A DNA stretch of 64,000 nt from Carcharhinus amblyrhynchos (taxonomy: Eukaryota): the NCBI GenBank assembly GCA_965287045.1, contig OZ336876.1:49352001-49416000 (forward strand). Reading direction: 5' to 3'. The notes beneath the pieces were generated by a model. The model worked only from the letters and a program-made list of their open reading frames with translations. It was not told the origin of the DNA and did no database searches. Shown here one piece after another: positions 13,623 through 27,846 of the stretch. Every line of letters starts with the position of its first letter. The stretch's first letter is position 1. Both the position numbers and the translations under genes were made by a program.

Positions 13623-13868
13623 TTATTTATCACCATCATCAATTTGCAAATATTAGAACACACTAAATCATAACTCAACTGATAACCCATAATACAACGT
13701 GATATAAAATGCACCCAATTAAGTAATTTCTTTTTAGATTATTGACTGATAAACTTGAAAATTATCTTGACCATTTACAATTGACTAGTTATCACTTAAA
13801 GTTGCTACTAATCCCATGTCCACTTTTATTTTCCTACAGAACACTTACACACATTAAAGAATCCCTAC

Positions 13869-14104
13869 CTCCTAGAATAACTTCCTCTGCCAGCTGGGCA
13901 GCTGACTTTTTCTTCTTGGCTTCACATACTATAGGTCCAACATTCTTCATAAAACACAGATCTGGACACGTCCAACTCAAGCCCAGCTGTTGCTCGTGAA
14001 TTATTCGATCAGCATCGAGGGCCTTTCTGACTAGATCCTTTGCTTCTTTCTCATTCATTAACCAAATACCTTCAAATTTCTTTGCATCAGCTGCAGCAAA
14101 ACGT
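13869..14104 (-). CDS. DRC1: DRC1 exon 10
   Basis: 236 nt. RFAAADAKKFEGIWLMNEKEAKDLVRKALDADRIIHEQQLGLSW...VGPI...SAAQLAEEVILG; donor G|gtaggg. Confidence 0.93.
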
Positions 14105-14544
14105 CTAATAGAAGAAAGGTAAAATACTTAGTTTTCCAACATTCTAATCAAAAACTTATCAAGTTTTTTTTAAAAGAAAAATGAGTTAAAACAGCAAGGA
14201 CTGTTTTTGTTAGTGGTTGAGGAGACTTACAAATAAAAAAAACTTCAAATCTCGAGTATTATTTAAGATCTGTTCATTTTAAACTTGCATATTTGTGTTC
14301 ATATAAAAAGAAATAGGCTCTGTTTGTTTCACCATATCTACACTTGTCAGCAATTTACAGAAATGGATCACTCTGTTGGCAATGTTCTTTTCTCCAGTAA
14401 TACCAATTCAGCTCTGTAAGCCGCTCTTTATAACCTAGATGCCAAAATCATAAAATCATCCATGCCACTCTTCTCTCAAGTAAATGACCCTTGGATACTT
14501 CATGAAATTTGGATGTCAAAAATGGTCTCATGATTGACCTATCC

Positions 14545-14685
14545 AGCTTTGACAAAGGGTCATCTGGACTTGAAACATCAGCTCTTTTCTTTCCTTTCCT
14601 TACAGTTGCTGTTAGACCTGTTGAGATTTTCCAGCATTTTTTCTTTTGGTTTCAGATTCCAGCTTCTGCACTAATTTGCTTCTGC
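14545..14685 (+). mobile_element. Penelope-like element terminal fragment with a decayed minimal hammerhead motif
   Basis: AGCT-TTGACAA-A-GGGTC(ATCTG)GACTT-GAAA-CA-TC-AGCT. The downstream sequence recurs at 16514-16625 and about 58495-58570. Confidence 0.55.
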
Positions 14686-15327
14686 CTGCTCCCTATCTCT
14701 TTCCACCATTTACAGCTTGAAAAATTAGAAGGAAACACATTATTAACTGATTCCAGAATTAAACCAATGAGTACTATGCACTCCAGGTGATTGGTACAGT
14801 AGCAGAATTTATGACTAGTATACATGGTGGTAAATATTTTAGGAAACATAGATTGTTCCATTAACATAAAATGCAAACCTTCAAGTAGTTATAACTACTA
14901 CTTTCAGTCTGATGGTTACCTGCAGGATAATACTTGCAGGATAACAGAGTTGTCTTCTATGAAGTAATACCAAAGAGAACAGAAAAAAACATTTTCTGTG
15001 AATCATGTGGCAATTCTGGCATGCAAATCAAAACATATTTATCAATTGGGACGCCAATATATCTAATTTACCATAAAGTGTATGGAATGCATATAACATA
15101 ATGTATACTGCATGTATGATGAATGTGCTTCAATTTCAGTGTTTTATGAAGTGGTGGTATTGAGGCAGAAGAGCTTGGGTAGAAAATTCCAAAGAATGGC
15201 TAAAAATATAGATGCCCATGATGAGGTGAAAGAAGGAAGCAAAGAATGAAAAAATATGATTGTATTTACAAGCACAAGAGGCCAAAGTAAGATGAATGGA
15301 CAGTACAAAAAGTGAGGTAAAAAGAAA

Positions 15328-16513
15328 GCAGGGAATTATAGACCAGTCAGCCCGGCAGCGGTAGTGGGGAAAATGCTACACCCATTATAAAAGATTTTAT
15401 AGCAAAGCACATGATAAACAGTGGCACAATTGGACAGAGACAACATGCATTTACAAAAAAAAAATCATTCTTGATAAATCTACTGGAATTTTTCAAGTAT
15501 GTAACTAGTTGAATTGATGAGGGGAAGCCAGTGGATGTCACTTACAGGAGGCTTTTGACAAGTTACTACATAAGAGATTAGCCCATAATATTAAGTTGCA
15601 CGGAACTGGGGGCAGTGTATTAAGATGAGTAGAAAACTGGTTGGCAGACAGGAAACAAAGAATAAATGGGTCTTTTTCCAAGTGATGGTCAATGACTAGT
15701 AGGATGCTGCAGGGTTCAGTGCTAGAACTCCAGCTGGTCACAATGTATATTAATGACTTAGATGAGGGGAGTAAATGTAATATCACCAAATCTGCAGGTG
15801 ACACAAAGCTGAGGAGGATGACACAGAGATGCTTCAGTATGATTTGAACAAGTTGAGAAAGTGGGCAAATGCAAAGCCGATGCAGTATACTGTGAGCATA
15901 TGTGAGGTTATTCACTTCGTAGCAAAAATAGGAAGGGAGATTATCTGAATGACTATAACTGGGAGAAGGGAATGTGCAACAAGAAATGGGTATCCTTGTA
16001 CACCAGTCACTATAAGTAAGTAAGCAGATGCAGCAGTCAGTGAAGAAGGCAAATGGTATGTTGGCCTTCATAGCATGAGGATTCAAGTACAGGAGTAGGG
16101 ATGTCTGGTTGCCATCGTATAGAGTCTTAGTGAGAGCACACCTAGAAAAGTGTGTGCAGTTCTGCTAACCTTACCTGAGGAAAGATATTCTTGCTATGGA
16201 GAGAGTGCAGTGAAAAATTACCAGACTGATTCCTAGGTTAGCAGGATTAATGTCTGAGGAGAGATTGTGTCAGTTAGGATTACGTTTGCTGGAATTTAGA
16301 GGAATTGGGCGGTTCTTATCGAAACCATAAAATTCTAACAAGACTAAACAGGGTAGATGCAAGAAGGGTGACAGTGAGGGTCCAGAACCAGTCACCACAG
16401 TCTTAGGGTATGGATAAACGACTTAGGATTGAGATGAGGAGAAATTTCTTCACCTAGAGTGGTGAGCCTGTGGAATTCTCTACCACAGAAAGCAGTTGAG
16501 CTTAAAACATTGT
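15328..16513 (+). mobile_element. Decayed CR1 LINE (RT and C-terminal region)
   Basis: GNYRPVS-like start, KAFDK, QGSVL, IYINDLD, ANGMLAFI, RNFFT. Multiple stops. Confidence 0.85.
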
Positions 16514-16625
16514 GAAAGTCATTCTGACTCAAAAAGTTAGCTCTATTCTCTCTCCACAGATGCTGTCAGACCTGATGTTTTCCAGCATTTGTTTCAGATT
16601 CCAGCATCCACAGTATCTTGATTTT
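16514..16625 (+). mobile_element. Penelope-like terminal fragment fused to the CR1
   Basis: Same family as 14545-14685 (gttagctctattctctctccacagatgctgtcagacctg...ttccagcat). Confidence 0.55.
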
Positions 16626-17512
16626 ATCTGTGTTTATTTAGAGGAAGGCAATATGATAACATTTTTCAAAGTAAGGACACCACCTGAGGAGAGGAAAATA
16701 TTTATGATGTCAGCTAAAATGAAAACCAGGAAGGGCATTGGGTGACCAAAGATTCAGTGAAAATAGGGTTGGGGACCAGAAACTGGGATATAGATTTGGA
16801 GATGGCTAGAGAAATATGGAGGAGAAACTAGAGAAAGAGACAGGCAAATATTTAGGGCTCTGGTGGGGATAGAATCTTTTGAGCAAAAGAAAAAGAGAAA
16901 GTAACAAATGCAGTTGAATAGATGACCTCTTTTGTGGCAGATGAAAAGTTCTGCCTCTTTAACTTGTCATTAGATACGAGGCTGGGGAGGATTGATAGAA
17001 AGGAAAGGATTGATAGAAAAAGAATCGGAGAAATCATTGTCCTTCAAGATGAGTCCAAGATAGTGGACGTTTTGCCAAAAGAGGCAAGGCCTGGTTAAGC
17101 ATGACATGGTTAACCAGACCTGACATGGGATGGCAAAGGCAGTGTGTGCCATGTATATGCACACCTTGGAATTGAGAAAGCAAAGACATAGATTATCCCA
17201 GAGAAAAAAAATGGGAAAAAAATACTGTATTGTGATGGGGAAAGGGCATCAAAGTACAAGAGAGTGGTTGAACATATCAGCTATTACAGAGGAACTGTAA
17301 TGAATAGAAGGCCAAATGCCAGGCAGCGCAGAAGTTCAGAATATATTTGTAAAAGACTTGGAGATTTGTTTTTATCTTCACAGACATGTGTTAGGAAGTG
17401 AGACTGAAGGATTTTGAAGGAGGTGAATTTGGCTGATGAATAATATGAGGAAGAACTTCGCATTAGAGTTATTGATGACCTGTACACCAGATATGTTTTC
17501 AAATAGGATTCA

Positions 17513-17668
<156 letters not shown>

Positions 17669-17907
17669 TTACACCTTTGCATGACTGTTGGATCATCTAC
17701 CACACACCAATAACTCTTTCTATCTCAGAGTCCTTGGCATCCCTAAGACTCAACAGAACAGACCAGCAATTATTTGCAGCCCTTTTTTAATAATTAAACT
17801 AATTTCATTGTCACATTGTTTCACTTCATTTGCAATATGTTAGTAATTCTGGGGGAGGTAATACAGTTTTCCATTAAACCAGTACTTTAATATCCGAGGA
17901 CAAATTG

Positions 17908-18205
17908 AATCGGTTAGGATTATATTTGCTGGAGTCTAGAAGAATGATGGGGGGTCTCATAGAAAACTATAACATTCTAACATGACTAGATAGGGCAAAT
18001 GCAGGAAGGGTGTTCCTGAGAGCAGGGGAGTCCAGAACCAGGCACCACAGTCTCAGGACATGGATAAACCATTTAGGATTGAGGGGAGGAGAAATTTCTT
18101 CCCACAGAATGGTGAACATATGGAATTCACCATTATAAAAAGCAATTGAGGCCAAAACATTGTGACGGTCATCCTGGCTCAAAATGTTGGCTCTATTCTC
18201 TCTTT
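17908..18205 (+). mobile_element. Second copy of the CR1 plus Penelope-end chimera
   Basis: Collinear with 16270-16552, including the junction aaaacattgtga|..gtcat.ctg.ctc. Confidence 0.7.
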
Positions 18206-18799
18206 ATTCCACTGAAATAATAAGCAGCTGACATCAATCACGTATGAAGCTTCAAACTGATGGAAAATATCAGTTATCTCAATACTTTGGTGAAATATTT
18301 AACTTTTCTAGATCTTAGTGCAATCTTACACAACATTTGGGACATTTTAAATTATTCTGCTTAAAGAAAGAAAACAACATCTTATATTCATAACATATCC
18401 TTTTATTCTAAGGCACTAAATTCCTGAATTAAGATAACAGCCACCTGACATTGTTTACTGCAAAGTGATGGACAACAGCAAAGTGATTTAAAATTTGTTT
18501 TGCTTTGATTTTTGTTATTCTCTCTTTCGTGAAGCCATTTTTCCTACGTTCCTGAAAACCAAGATCGTAAATCCAATACAATTCAAGAGAAGCATCTTCA
18601 CAGTAGGGTGGCAATGCAAAATGTGTTACCATATTGAAGCGACTGAGGTGAATAGCATAGATGCATGTAAGGGAAAGCTAGATAAGTACACAAAGGAGAA
18701 AGAAATAGAACATATTGATGGGCTGAGACGAAGTAAGGTTTGTGTGGAGATTAAACACCTGTTGGACCAAATGAAATCTTTCTGTGCTGTAAAATTTTA

Positions 18800-19033
<234 letters not shown>

Positions 19034-21204
19034 TCATGTTATTTATTACTCATAATGTTTACTACCAGTACCCAGTGGGAGAAAACCTTGCACATTTCAT
19101 TCCAGGACCAAGCCAAGGTTAGAAGAGGGGAAATCGATAACTGCACATCTCAGAGGTTACAGGACAATAAATGAATATGCTGTAATTATTTAGTGGATTA
19201 TATCTTGCCTCCCCTTCAAATTATGCAAAAATTAAATTGATTGTTTTGAGTAAGGTGCAACCACCTGTGTGGTTTTTCCCAACTTATGACTTGGTTTGCC
19301 TGGTCCAATGTCTATTACACTTGCAACCCTGTAACAATTACTAACTGCAGCTGAACAACCCCCAAAACACTATTATTCCAATTCTGATTTTTTGTGCATT
19401 CCCCACTACCTTCGCTCAACTATTGGCAGCCATGCTCTCCATTACATTATTTAAACCACTGCACTGTTCTACCTCTCTCTACTCTTTTAAGATCCTCCTT
19501 CCAAGCCACCCATTTATAGTTTTTAGTCACCTGTGTTCAGGTCTCCTTTTCGGCTCATGCATGACTTTTGTATGATTATGCTTGTATGAAGAATCTGGAA
19601 CATTTTACTCTGTTAAAGGCACTATTTATATACAAGTTGTTGTTGATCCAGGTTACATACAGAAAATTGAACCATGCAAAGCTACCACATAATGATCAAT
19701 ATGCAATATGATCTAGAACTCCAAAATAACATTAACTCATTTAAAATTACATATTTGGTTTATGTGGAGATTGCCAGGGTCACTGACGCAGTTGGGAAAG
19801 ATGAGATGGCCATCACTGGTGGAGAAAGTGAATAGAAATAGGTACATGTACATTAACATGACGCATTACACTCTAGCTCATCCAACCATGTGCTGAAGGC
19901 TGAATTATATGGGGAAGACTCAGCATGGCAGAAGCTTCTGCTTTCCAAGGTTAGCCGTTATGGCCTCTTCTTGCATCTCCCAAAGTTGAGAATGCCAAGA
20001 CGGGTAACAGACAGATTCTTGTCCCATCACCAGGTCAAGCACTGCTGGAACAGACTTCAAAGCAAGCACCATCACATCTTACAAGCACAACCTCCACCAG
20101 TGCAAGATAAAGTCACTTTGAAGGTTCCTGCATGCCATTAGATAGAGTTGAGTGATAAACACATCACAAGTGTGCAGGAAGAGGTGCCAGAGGCAGAGGC
20201 ACCTGTGAGCAGTCTCCTTTCTCCATTGGGCACTTATACAGGGCTCAATAGTCACAGGAAAGGAAGTTGTATTTAGATCAGCAACAACAAATGTGTTCCC
20301 CCTCAGAATTCCCTGAGACATTGCAAGATTGTAGGCAGAGAATGGAGCCTATATAGCCTATATGCACCACCATGACTCAGGCTTTGAATATATGAACTCC
20401 TCCATTCAGACAGTAACCAACCTTATGCAACAGCATTCAGTTGCACTGATAGCACAGGGACATATAGAGGAGTTTCTAGTTGTACCTCGTCTGACAGTCC
20501 TCTCTAGTCATATAGAGCAATAGCCAGTGAACACACATTTGAGGAAGTTCTGTTGTAGTTACAGACTAGCTGAATATTGAGCAAGTGGAAGTTTTTCATG
20601 AGAATGAACTTCACTATGCCTTCATGGCCATATCAATGACAACCAGGAGCTGGAATCAAATTTCATTGCCCTTTGCTTCTGAAAGGCCAATCTATTAGGA
20701 ATTGAATACAGTGGCAAGTTCTCACAAACAGGACATCAATGACCTGCAAGATGAAGTTGGTGTGCAGCCACTTGTGAGTCATCAGCAAGGTCACCGTTTA
20801 TTTGTAGAAGGACCAAAAAACCTTTATGGTCACAGTGGCTTTGACAGCCATGAATCACTACCAAGACCTCAGTATGGCTTTGAACTAGCTCCTTAATTAC
20901 AACAATTTATGGATTGGGCAGGTTCCTGGGGCTGCTTTTCACTCATCCTGGTGTCATTCACCAGTGGTGGGAATGGTAGTGGGGAACTGGTTTTGCCAGT
21001 GATGCTATTTTCATGTCCTGTCCTTCACAGTTCCACCTCAGGTCGAACCTAAAAAATTAGATCATGGTTTGTGGAAGGAGCAGGTTTGGTAAGCCTGTTA
21101 TCATCCCATGCCATCTTATGTTTATAATCAACAGAATTACAAAATGGAAGCAACATAATGGGAATTGCATTTAAGGAAGAGAATGATACATTTCTTTAAA
21201 ATAC

Positions 21205-21327
21205 CTCTACATCAGTCTCCAACTTAATTTTGATCATATTGTATTCCTCTGCATCTTGAACTCTCAACTGCTGAAGTTGATCCTCATATTGCTCTACTCT
21301 CTGCATTCGGACTATCATATACTCAAT
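21205..21327 (-). CDS. DRC1: DRC1 exon 7
   Basis: 123 nt. IEYMIVRMQRVEQYEDQLQQLRVQDAEEYNMIKIKLETDVE; tttcag/gtattt boundaries. Confidence 0.94.
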
Positions 21328-22614
21328 CTGAAAAAAATGAACTCATTATAACACGTTTTCTCAGAATACAAAATTGCAAAAATAAGCATAAGTCTGTCTT
21401 TTTTTTAGGGGACTGACAATTTCTAACTGTTTTTTGTTTAAACATAAGACAAGAGACTGGTCCTCATTATGGGAACTGATTATCACAAATGCAATATCTT
21501 AAATCTTCATCATTTGCAAAACATGGATTCTGTGAAACTATAATTTAGAAAGTGTTTCAACATTATACTTTAAATGGTGACAATTCTGCAATAAAAATTC
21601 ACGGATATTGGAAATTTTAAAGTGATTTCTTAATATGAAAAGATATGAATAAGTCAAACAAACAGAAATTTTAAAACTTCATGCTTTTCAGGAATACTGT
21701 GGCTGTTATGCCTATGTAGTAGTAACTACACTTTAAAAATCAATTTGTTGTGATATGATGTAAGGGAGAAGTATGTAAATGCAAATTTCTATGTTCTTCC
21801 ACTTACTGTATACAAAAAAAAGATTGAAATTGCACTGTTTCGCAAAATAGAAGTGGAATATAAATAAATAAGTGATTTAAATGAACATAAACTCAGATAA
21901 ATTTATAAAAAAAATCAAAATTATCTTCTTTTTTGTTAATAAGGCCCAGCCAGCAAAGCCCACATCCTTTTGATAAATAAAAAAAGTTATTAATTTCTTA
22001 GAGTATCCTTTGCATTGTATTTGATCATAAATCAAATGTACAACGCTTTATGTCCTTTAGAAAAACATGCAAATAAGTGGTCACCATCTGGCACATTACC
22101 ACCAACCAGCCAACACAGCAATGGGACTTTGCTGTCCCCACATCAGTAAGTCATCTTGACGACTTTCAGCACTTCTGTACTTACTATCGGTTTTTCTGAT
22201 CTCCTATATTCTCTCATTTTTGATCTGAATTTCATCTAGTAAACTTAAATCAATCTCTGATTAATTTAAAAAAAACACGTTCCAAAAGCACACTCTTTAA
22301 AGGCCAATCAGGAGAATTAAGCTTGTAACTTGAAATGGAGTGTAGTAACAAGCGGTTGCACAAGGAACAAGATGCATATATTTTCAATGTCACGTCAGAT
22401 GACGGAAGTCAATTTCTATTGAAATTGCATGGAGTATTTAGCTTAAAAGGACAGACTGTGCACAGAGCTTAACCAGGTTAAACAAATAACCTACATCAAC
22501 TTTGGAAACAAAACATTGCTCAAGTTTACATTTTTCAACAAGATATTTTTGTTAGCTTGCCTTCTTCAGCACACTTTAAAACATGCAATCCTCCCAGAAG
22601 TGATATTCATTTAC

Positions 22615-22701
22615 CTCTTGGTCCCTTCGCATCTGCATTTTTTTTTCCCACAACGAAAGGTTATTTTTCATTAGCTCATGACGTTCCAGCTGAAACGCTT
22701 T
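22615..22701 (-). CDS. DRC1: DRC1 exon 6
   Basis: 87 nt. KAFQLERHELMKNNLSLWEKKMQMRRDQE; ttacag/gtaaat boundaries. Confidence 0.92.
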
Positions 22702-24446
22702 CTGTAAAACATAGCAAAATAAAAAGAGAGAAATAACCTAATGTCAAACAAATCTTAAATGAAAACTTAAATGTGTATGGTCCACCACCATTGTGCTTGA
22801 AATAATTCAATGATCAACTAAATCTCTTTAATAAATTATCAAAAATGGCTGAAGATTTATTTTTCTCAGTGATGAGGACAAATACTGCAGGAAGAATATC
22901 ATAGAAATGTTTAAAAAAGTCATGAACAAAAATAAAATGGAAAACCTGTCAATGCTGAATGAAGGGGAAGAGGCAACAATAGCAGAATCAGATGTCAAGG
23001 GCACTTCAGTACCTTCCACAAATGTCTTCTTCATTGAGTGACTTTTAATAAACTTTTAGAATGTAGAATCCATCATAACCAACATAGTCCAAAGTTCAGC
23101 CAATGTTCATACATACGCCTTTTCAGTACAGGGTCACTCTGACATGATCTGGAGTGAGGCTCCATCGCATTTTCTAATTCTTCCATGGTCCAATGGTGCT
23201 GAAACAAATTGTGATGTTTTTACTGCTATCTATGTTGAGAACAGCTAACTGATCCATCAATTTCCCATGAAGCATTTCAGCCTTAGTAGGTGTGATAATT
23301 GTCCCTTTAAGGATCCATCTGCAGATCAGCAGTGGTGCCAAAAATGACGATGTAATTCTAAAATGGGAAGCAAATGCAGCCACAAACAAAGCAAGAAGAG
23401 TCAATCAATCGCCTAGGATTGAAATAGTGTGTTACTGGTACAGGGGTAATCACTCCCCTGCAGATATAAAGAGACTGAATGCTTTTCCTGTCACATGAAA
23501 GATCACTTAAAGCACCGATGTAAAGGTTTCACTCCAAGATCATCTCCAGCTGCAAAGCAAGTTCTTTAGCTTTGGCACCATTTAGTAACACAGTCATTGG
23601 AACCCCTGGTTATGGCTGCAGAACACAGTACAGTAAACTCTGTTACCTGGCAGCTATCAACACCAATTCTCTACTAACCAGAATTTCTGATGTTCTCGCA
23701 ATAAGAATCCTCACTTTACCAATCAGAAGCAGTTACAAAGTTATCCAAAACATACCTATATATTATTTTGTATTTTAATTTATGTTTCTAATATACTGTT
23801 GACGATTAAATGTAAAATTAATAATTTTATTCCTGACTACTTGCATATTAGGGCGCTGTATTCCATTTTAATGTTGGAATTGTGTCACAATAAAGTACAT
23901 CCTTTAAGCTGGTAATCAGGAGCTGCTAAATTGGTAATCAAGAGCTGTTGTCCCTGGTAGTAAAAATGTTAGGGCTGCATTACAACAATATAAAAAGGTG
24001 TTCACACTTCGCATTGGGGGAATGTTTTTACTCTGATGGCTTGGAAATAAAGCTGTCTTAATATACAGACTGACTTCAGCCTTGCTCTTTCCTCAACATA
24101 TGATTATTGGTGTAAAAATTTTGAATAACCTGCATCACCCTTCTCTGTGAATGCTGGATAATAACAATTTTACTGTATTCATCCTATGACAATATCCTTA
24201 TCATTACGACTTCCCTTACACTCCCCTATTAGAATGGCTTACTGCATTGTGGTGCCATGGTCAGTTTGCTCAAGCACTCTACAGTCCTTGTGCCCCTCCA
24301 CATAGGTCGCAAATATCTCAGGCCAAGTGGTCAAAGTCAAGGCCAAGGCTGCTCCATCACTACATGTTGCACACATAAACACCTGACCTCACAGTCACAC
24401 CCTCTTAACCCTGACGACTGACCAACTCTAAGTTCTAATTAACTTA

Positions 24447-24923
<477 letters not shown>

Positions 24924-24984
24924 TTAATAGCTGTTCTTAAAATGCACAACTCAAAGAAAAACATTGTTGTCCAAACAGTTTGAT

Positions 24985-25580
24985 TAAAATATAAAAGTAA
25001 AGAGGTTGTACTGCAGCTATACAGGACTTTGGTAAGACCACATTTGGAGCACTGTGTACATTTTTGGCCTCCTTATTAAAAAAGATTAAGTTGTTAGAAG
25101 CAGTTCAGAGAGAGTTACCCGACTCACTCCTGGGAGGAAGGACTTATCTTATAAAGAAAGGTTGATTAGATTAGGCCTATGCCCATTGGAATTTAGAAGA
25201 ATAAGATGAGTTCTTACTGAAAGATCCTGAGGGGACTTGATAGAATGGGTACCATGAGGGTATTTCCACTCACGAGACTAAAGCTAGAAAACATAGTATA
25301 AAAATAAGAGGTCTCCCATTTAAGACAGATGAGGAGAGGTTTGTCAGAGGTTCACTAATCTGTGGAATTCTGTTCCTCAGAAAGTAGTGAAGGTTGGGCC
25401 CTTGAATTTATTCAAGGCAGAGTTGGATAGATATGTGATCGGCTTGAGAGTCCAAGGTTATGAAGGGTAGACAAGGAAGTGGGGTTACAACCACAACCAG
25501 ATCAGTTATGATCATACTGAATGATGAACAAGCTTGAAGAGCCAAATGGATAACTCCTGCTCCTAGTCCTATATTCCTAA
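24985..25580 (+). mobile_element. Decayed CR1 3' fragment
   Basis: YKSKEVVLQLYRTLVRPHLEHCVHFWPP, followed by a CR1 3'UTR and tail. Confidence 0.8.
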
Positions 25581-25713
25581 TAGTAATCACGCAAGTATAA
25601 TCTGGTTTCAAACAGCATGATAACTGCTGCATTCCCAAATTGCAACAATAAAATGCATAATTTAAAGCTAAACATCATATTTGCACATAACTTCCTAATG
25701 TGTGACAAGTTAC

Positions 25714-25897
25714 CTTCTGCAAACTTTTAATCAACATGTTTTTTTCTTCAATTAACTCAGAACAGAGCTGCTGCTGTTTGATAAGAATGTCACGCAGATC
25801 CTGTGGAATCTTAAGGGCCTTTGCCGTCAGCCATTTCTTTGTGATGAATTCAAATTTTTCCTCACTCATTGTTGCTTCATTCTCTAGCTTCGCAGTC
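25714..25897 (-). CDS. DRC1: DRC1 exon 4
   Basis: 184 nt. TAKLENEATMSEEKFEFITKKW...IPQDLRDILIKQQQLCSELIEEKNMLIKSLQK; donor gtaact. Confidence 0.94.
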
Positions 25898-25946
25898 CTT
25901 CAAACAACAAAATACATTTTTAAAATCCATCATTTTGAAAACTGGA

Positions 25947-27078
25947 AGGGGGCAATTCTCCCAACCCATTTTGCCGCTTTAGCGGAGGACATTTAGCAGA
26001 CTTTCCACTGGCCATTAGAGCCTCGGTGAGTCTCCAGGCACCAGATTTCCAGCGCCGTCAACTCTGCGCCAGAAATTGACACAGAGCTGTACAATTTATT
26101 TAAATTAGTATGTGCATCTGATAAGCAAGCCTGGGACTAAATTCTCAGGGCCCACTTAAGTCTCCCCCTCCCTCCTCCCCTCACCCCCACCAGAAGTGTT
26201 TCACTCCAGTGGGGTTTACAATAGCTCCCCACTTACAGGGAACTGGTGACCTAACCCCACTGGAGTGAAGGGTGGGGACATCAAGGCCCCACAGAACGTT
26301 GGGGTGAGGGGTGCCCCCTGGGCATTGACAGTTTGGACTCTGGCACTGCCCAAGGGGCAAAGCAGCAATGCCCAAGGCGGCACCTTGGCAGCAGTAGTGC
26401 CAAGGGGGTCTGGCCGGGGCGGGGGGAGCAGGGCCTCTGGTGGAAAGACCGGTGTCATGGGGGGGTCCTGCTGCCACTCTGCACTGTGATCAATGACGAA
26501 GGGAGGGAGGCCAGCAGTTGGGGCGATCTCAGCATTGACAGATTAGTGCATGCGCAGTGACCCGCTTAGCGCTATGCTGCCGATCTTTCCAGCGGGATTA
26601 CGGACAGCACGGTGGCACAGAGGTTGGCACTGCTGCCTCACAGCAATAGGGACCCGGGTTCAATTCTGGCCTTTGGTCACAGTCTGTATGGAGTGTGCAC
26701 ATTTGCCCCCTGTCTGCGCGAGTTTCCTCTAGATGCTCCTGTTTCCTCCCAAAGTCCAAAGACGTGCCACTTAGGTTGACAGGCCATGCTAAATTAACCC
26801 TAGTGTCAGCAGATTAGCAAGGTAAACATGAAGGGTTATGGGAATAGGGCCAGAGTGGAATTCTGGTCAATGCAGACTCAATGGGCCGAATGGCCTCCTT
26901 GTGCACTGTCCACAATTCTATGATTCTATGAATAGGCCCCGCCCCTGATTTTTCACAAGATTCACACTAATGCTTTCCCCAGTGCACAAAGTGTGGGAGA
27001 TTCATTTTGAAAATCCCGCTGGTTACTCAGTTTTCACGCAAATTCAACACTTAGATTTTCCCAAAAAAATTCTCACCC
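25947..27078. mobile_element. GC-rich non-autonomous DNA transposon (Harbinger/MITE-like) hosting a SINE
   Basis: Sharp GC-rich block beginning ggggcaattctccc. The right end is approximate. No coding potential. Confidence 0.45.
26602..26931 (+). mobile_element. HE1-like V-SINE
   Basis: Paralogous to 13120-13460. A box TGGCACAGAGG, B box GGTTCAATTC, V-domain, and an (ATTCTATG)2 tail. Confidence 0.88.
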
Positions 27079-27846
27079 AAAATATACCAATATTCAACCA
27101 ATGTAAAAATAAAGTTTTTTTATGTCATTATTATGGCAATGTCAACATGAACCTTGGAAGTTTCCTTATCATTTTCTCTGCCATACTTTATGACTTTATT
27201 CATACCTAACCAAGACAGTTCCCTTTAAGTACAAAAATCTTATCAAGTGAATTCATGAACAATTTGACAGCAACATGACATTCAAACCACTACCAGACAC
27301 AGTATAAATAACTGTGCATATTCATATCACAAATATGTTGCTTTCTCTTTTCAAAAATATTTTAGGATAGGAGGTTGTACCAACAGGCATAAGCCTTTAC
27401 CTTACAGATACTGTCAGCAGAAATCATGAACATATTGATCCATGATGTAGCCAGGATAAGTGGAAACAGTCTCAGCTTTCTCCAGCAGGACATGGCTAAT
27501 GAATAGCATATTGAGAAAGTTTCAGATAGTTTTTAGAAGGCCAAAAAGATTCAAGTCTCAGGTAGACAGACCTTACTTAGTCATACAGGTGAACTTTCTA
27601 GCTTTCTTCCAAGAATCTCCAGCACTACCACTCCTGAATTTCCTGCTAGCCTCAGGTGAATTGGATTTATTGTAAAATGTTGTAAAGAACAGTTAAGGAG
27701 GAGTAAAAAATTAATTAAGCATTGACTTTTTTTTTCCAGGCATCAGTTCCATATACTGTGTGTGGATGGAGGAAGAAAATTTAAACATTATAGTTTCTAA
27801 TTTTTTTGAAACTTTAATTCCATTCTGTAATTATTACAAACCTTAA

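Noticed and set aside
15538-16086. 182-aa minus-strand ORF (likewise 34033, 44749, 45040, 60448, 60730)
   Set aside because: These are antisense frames of CR1 ORF2.
19780-21050. Compositionally distinct block with several short ORFs
   Set aside because: Probably an ancient DNA-transposon remnant, but no motif was clear enough to call.
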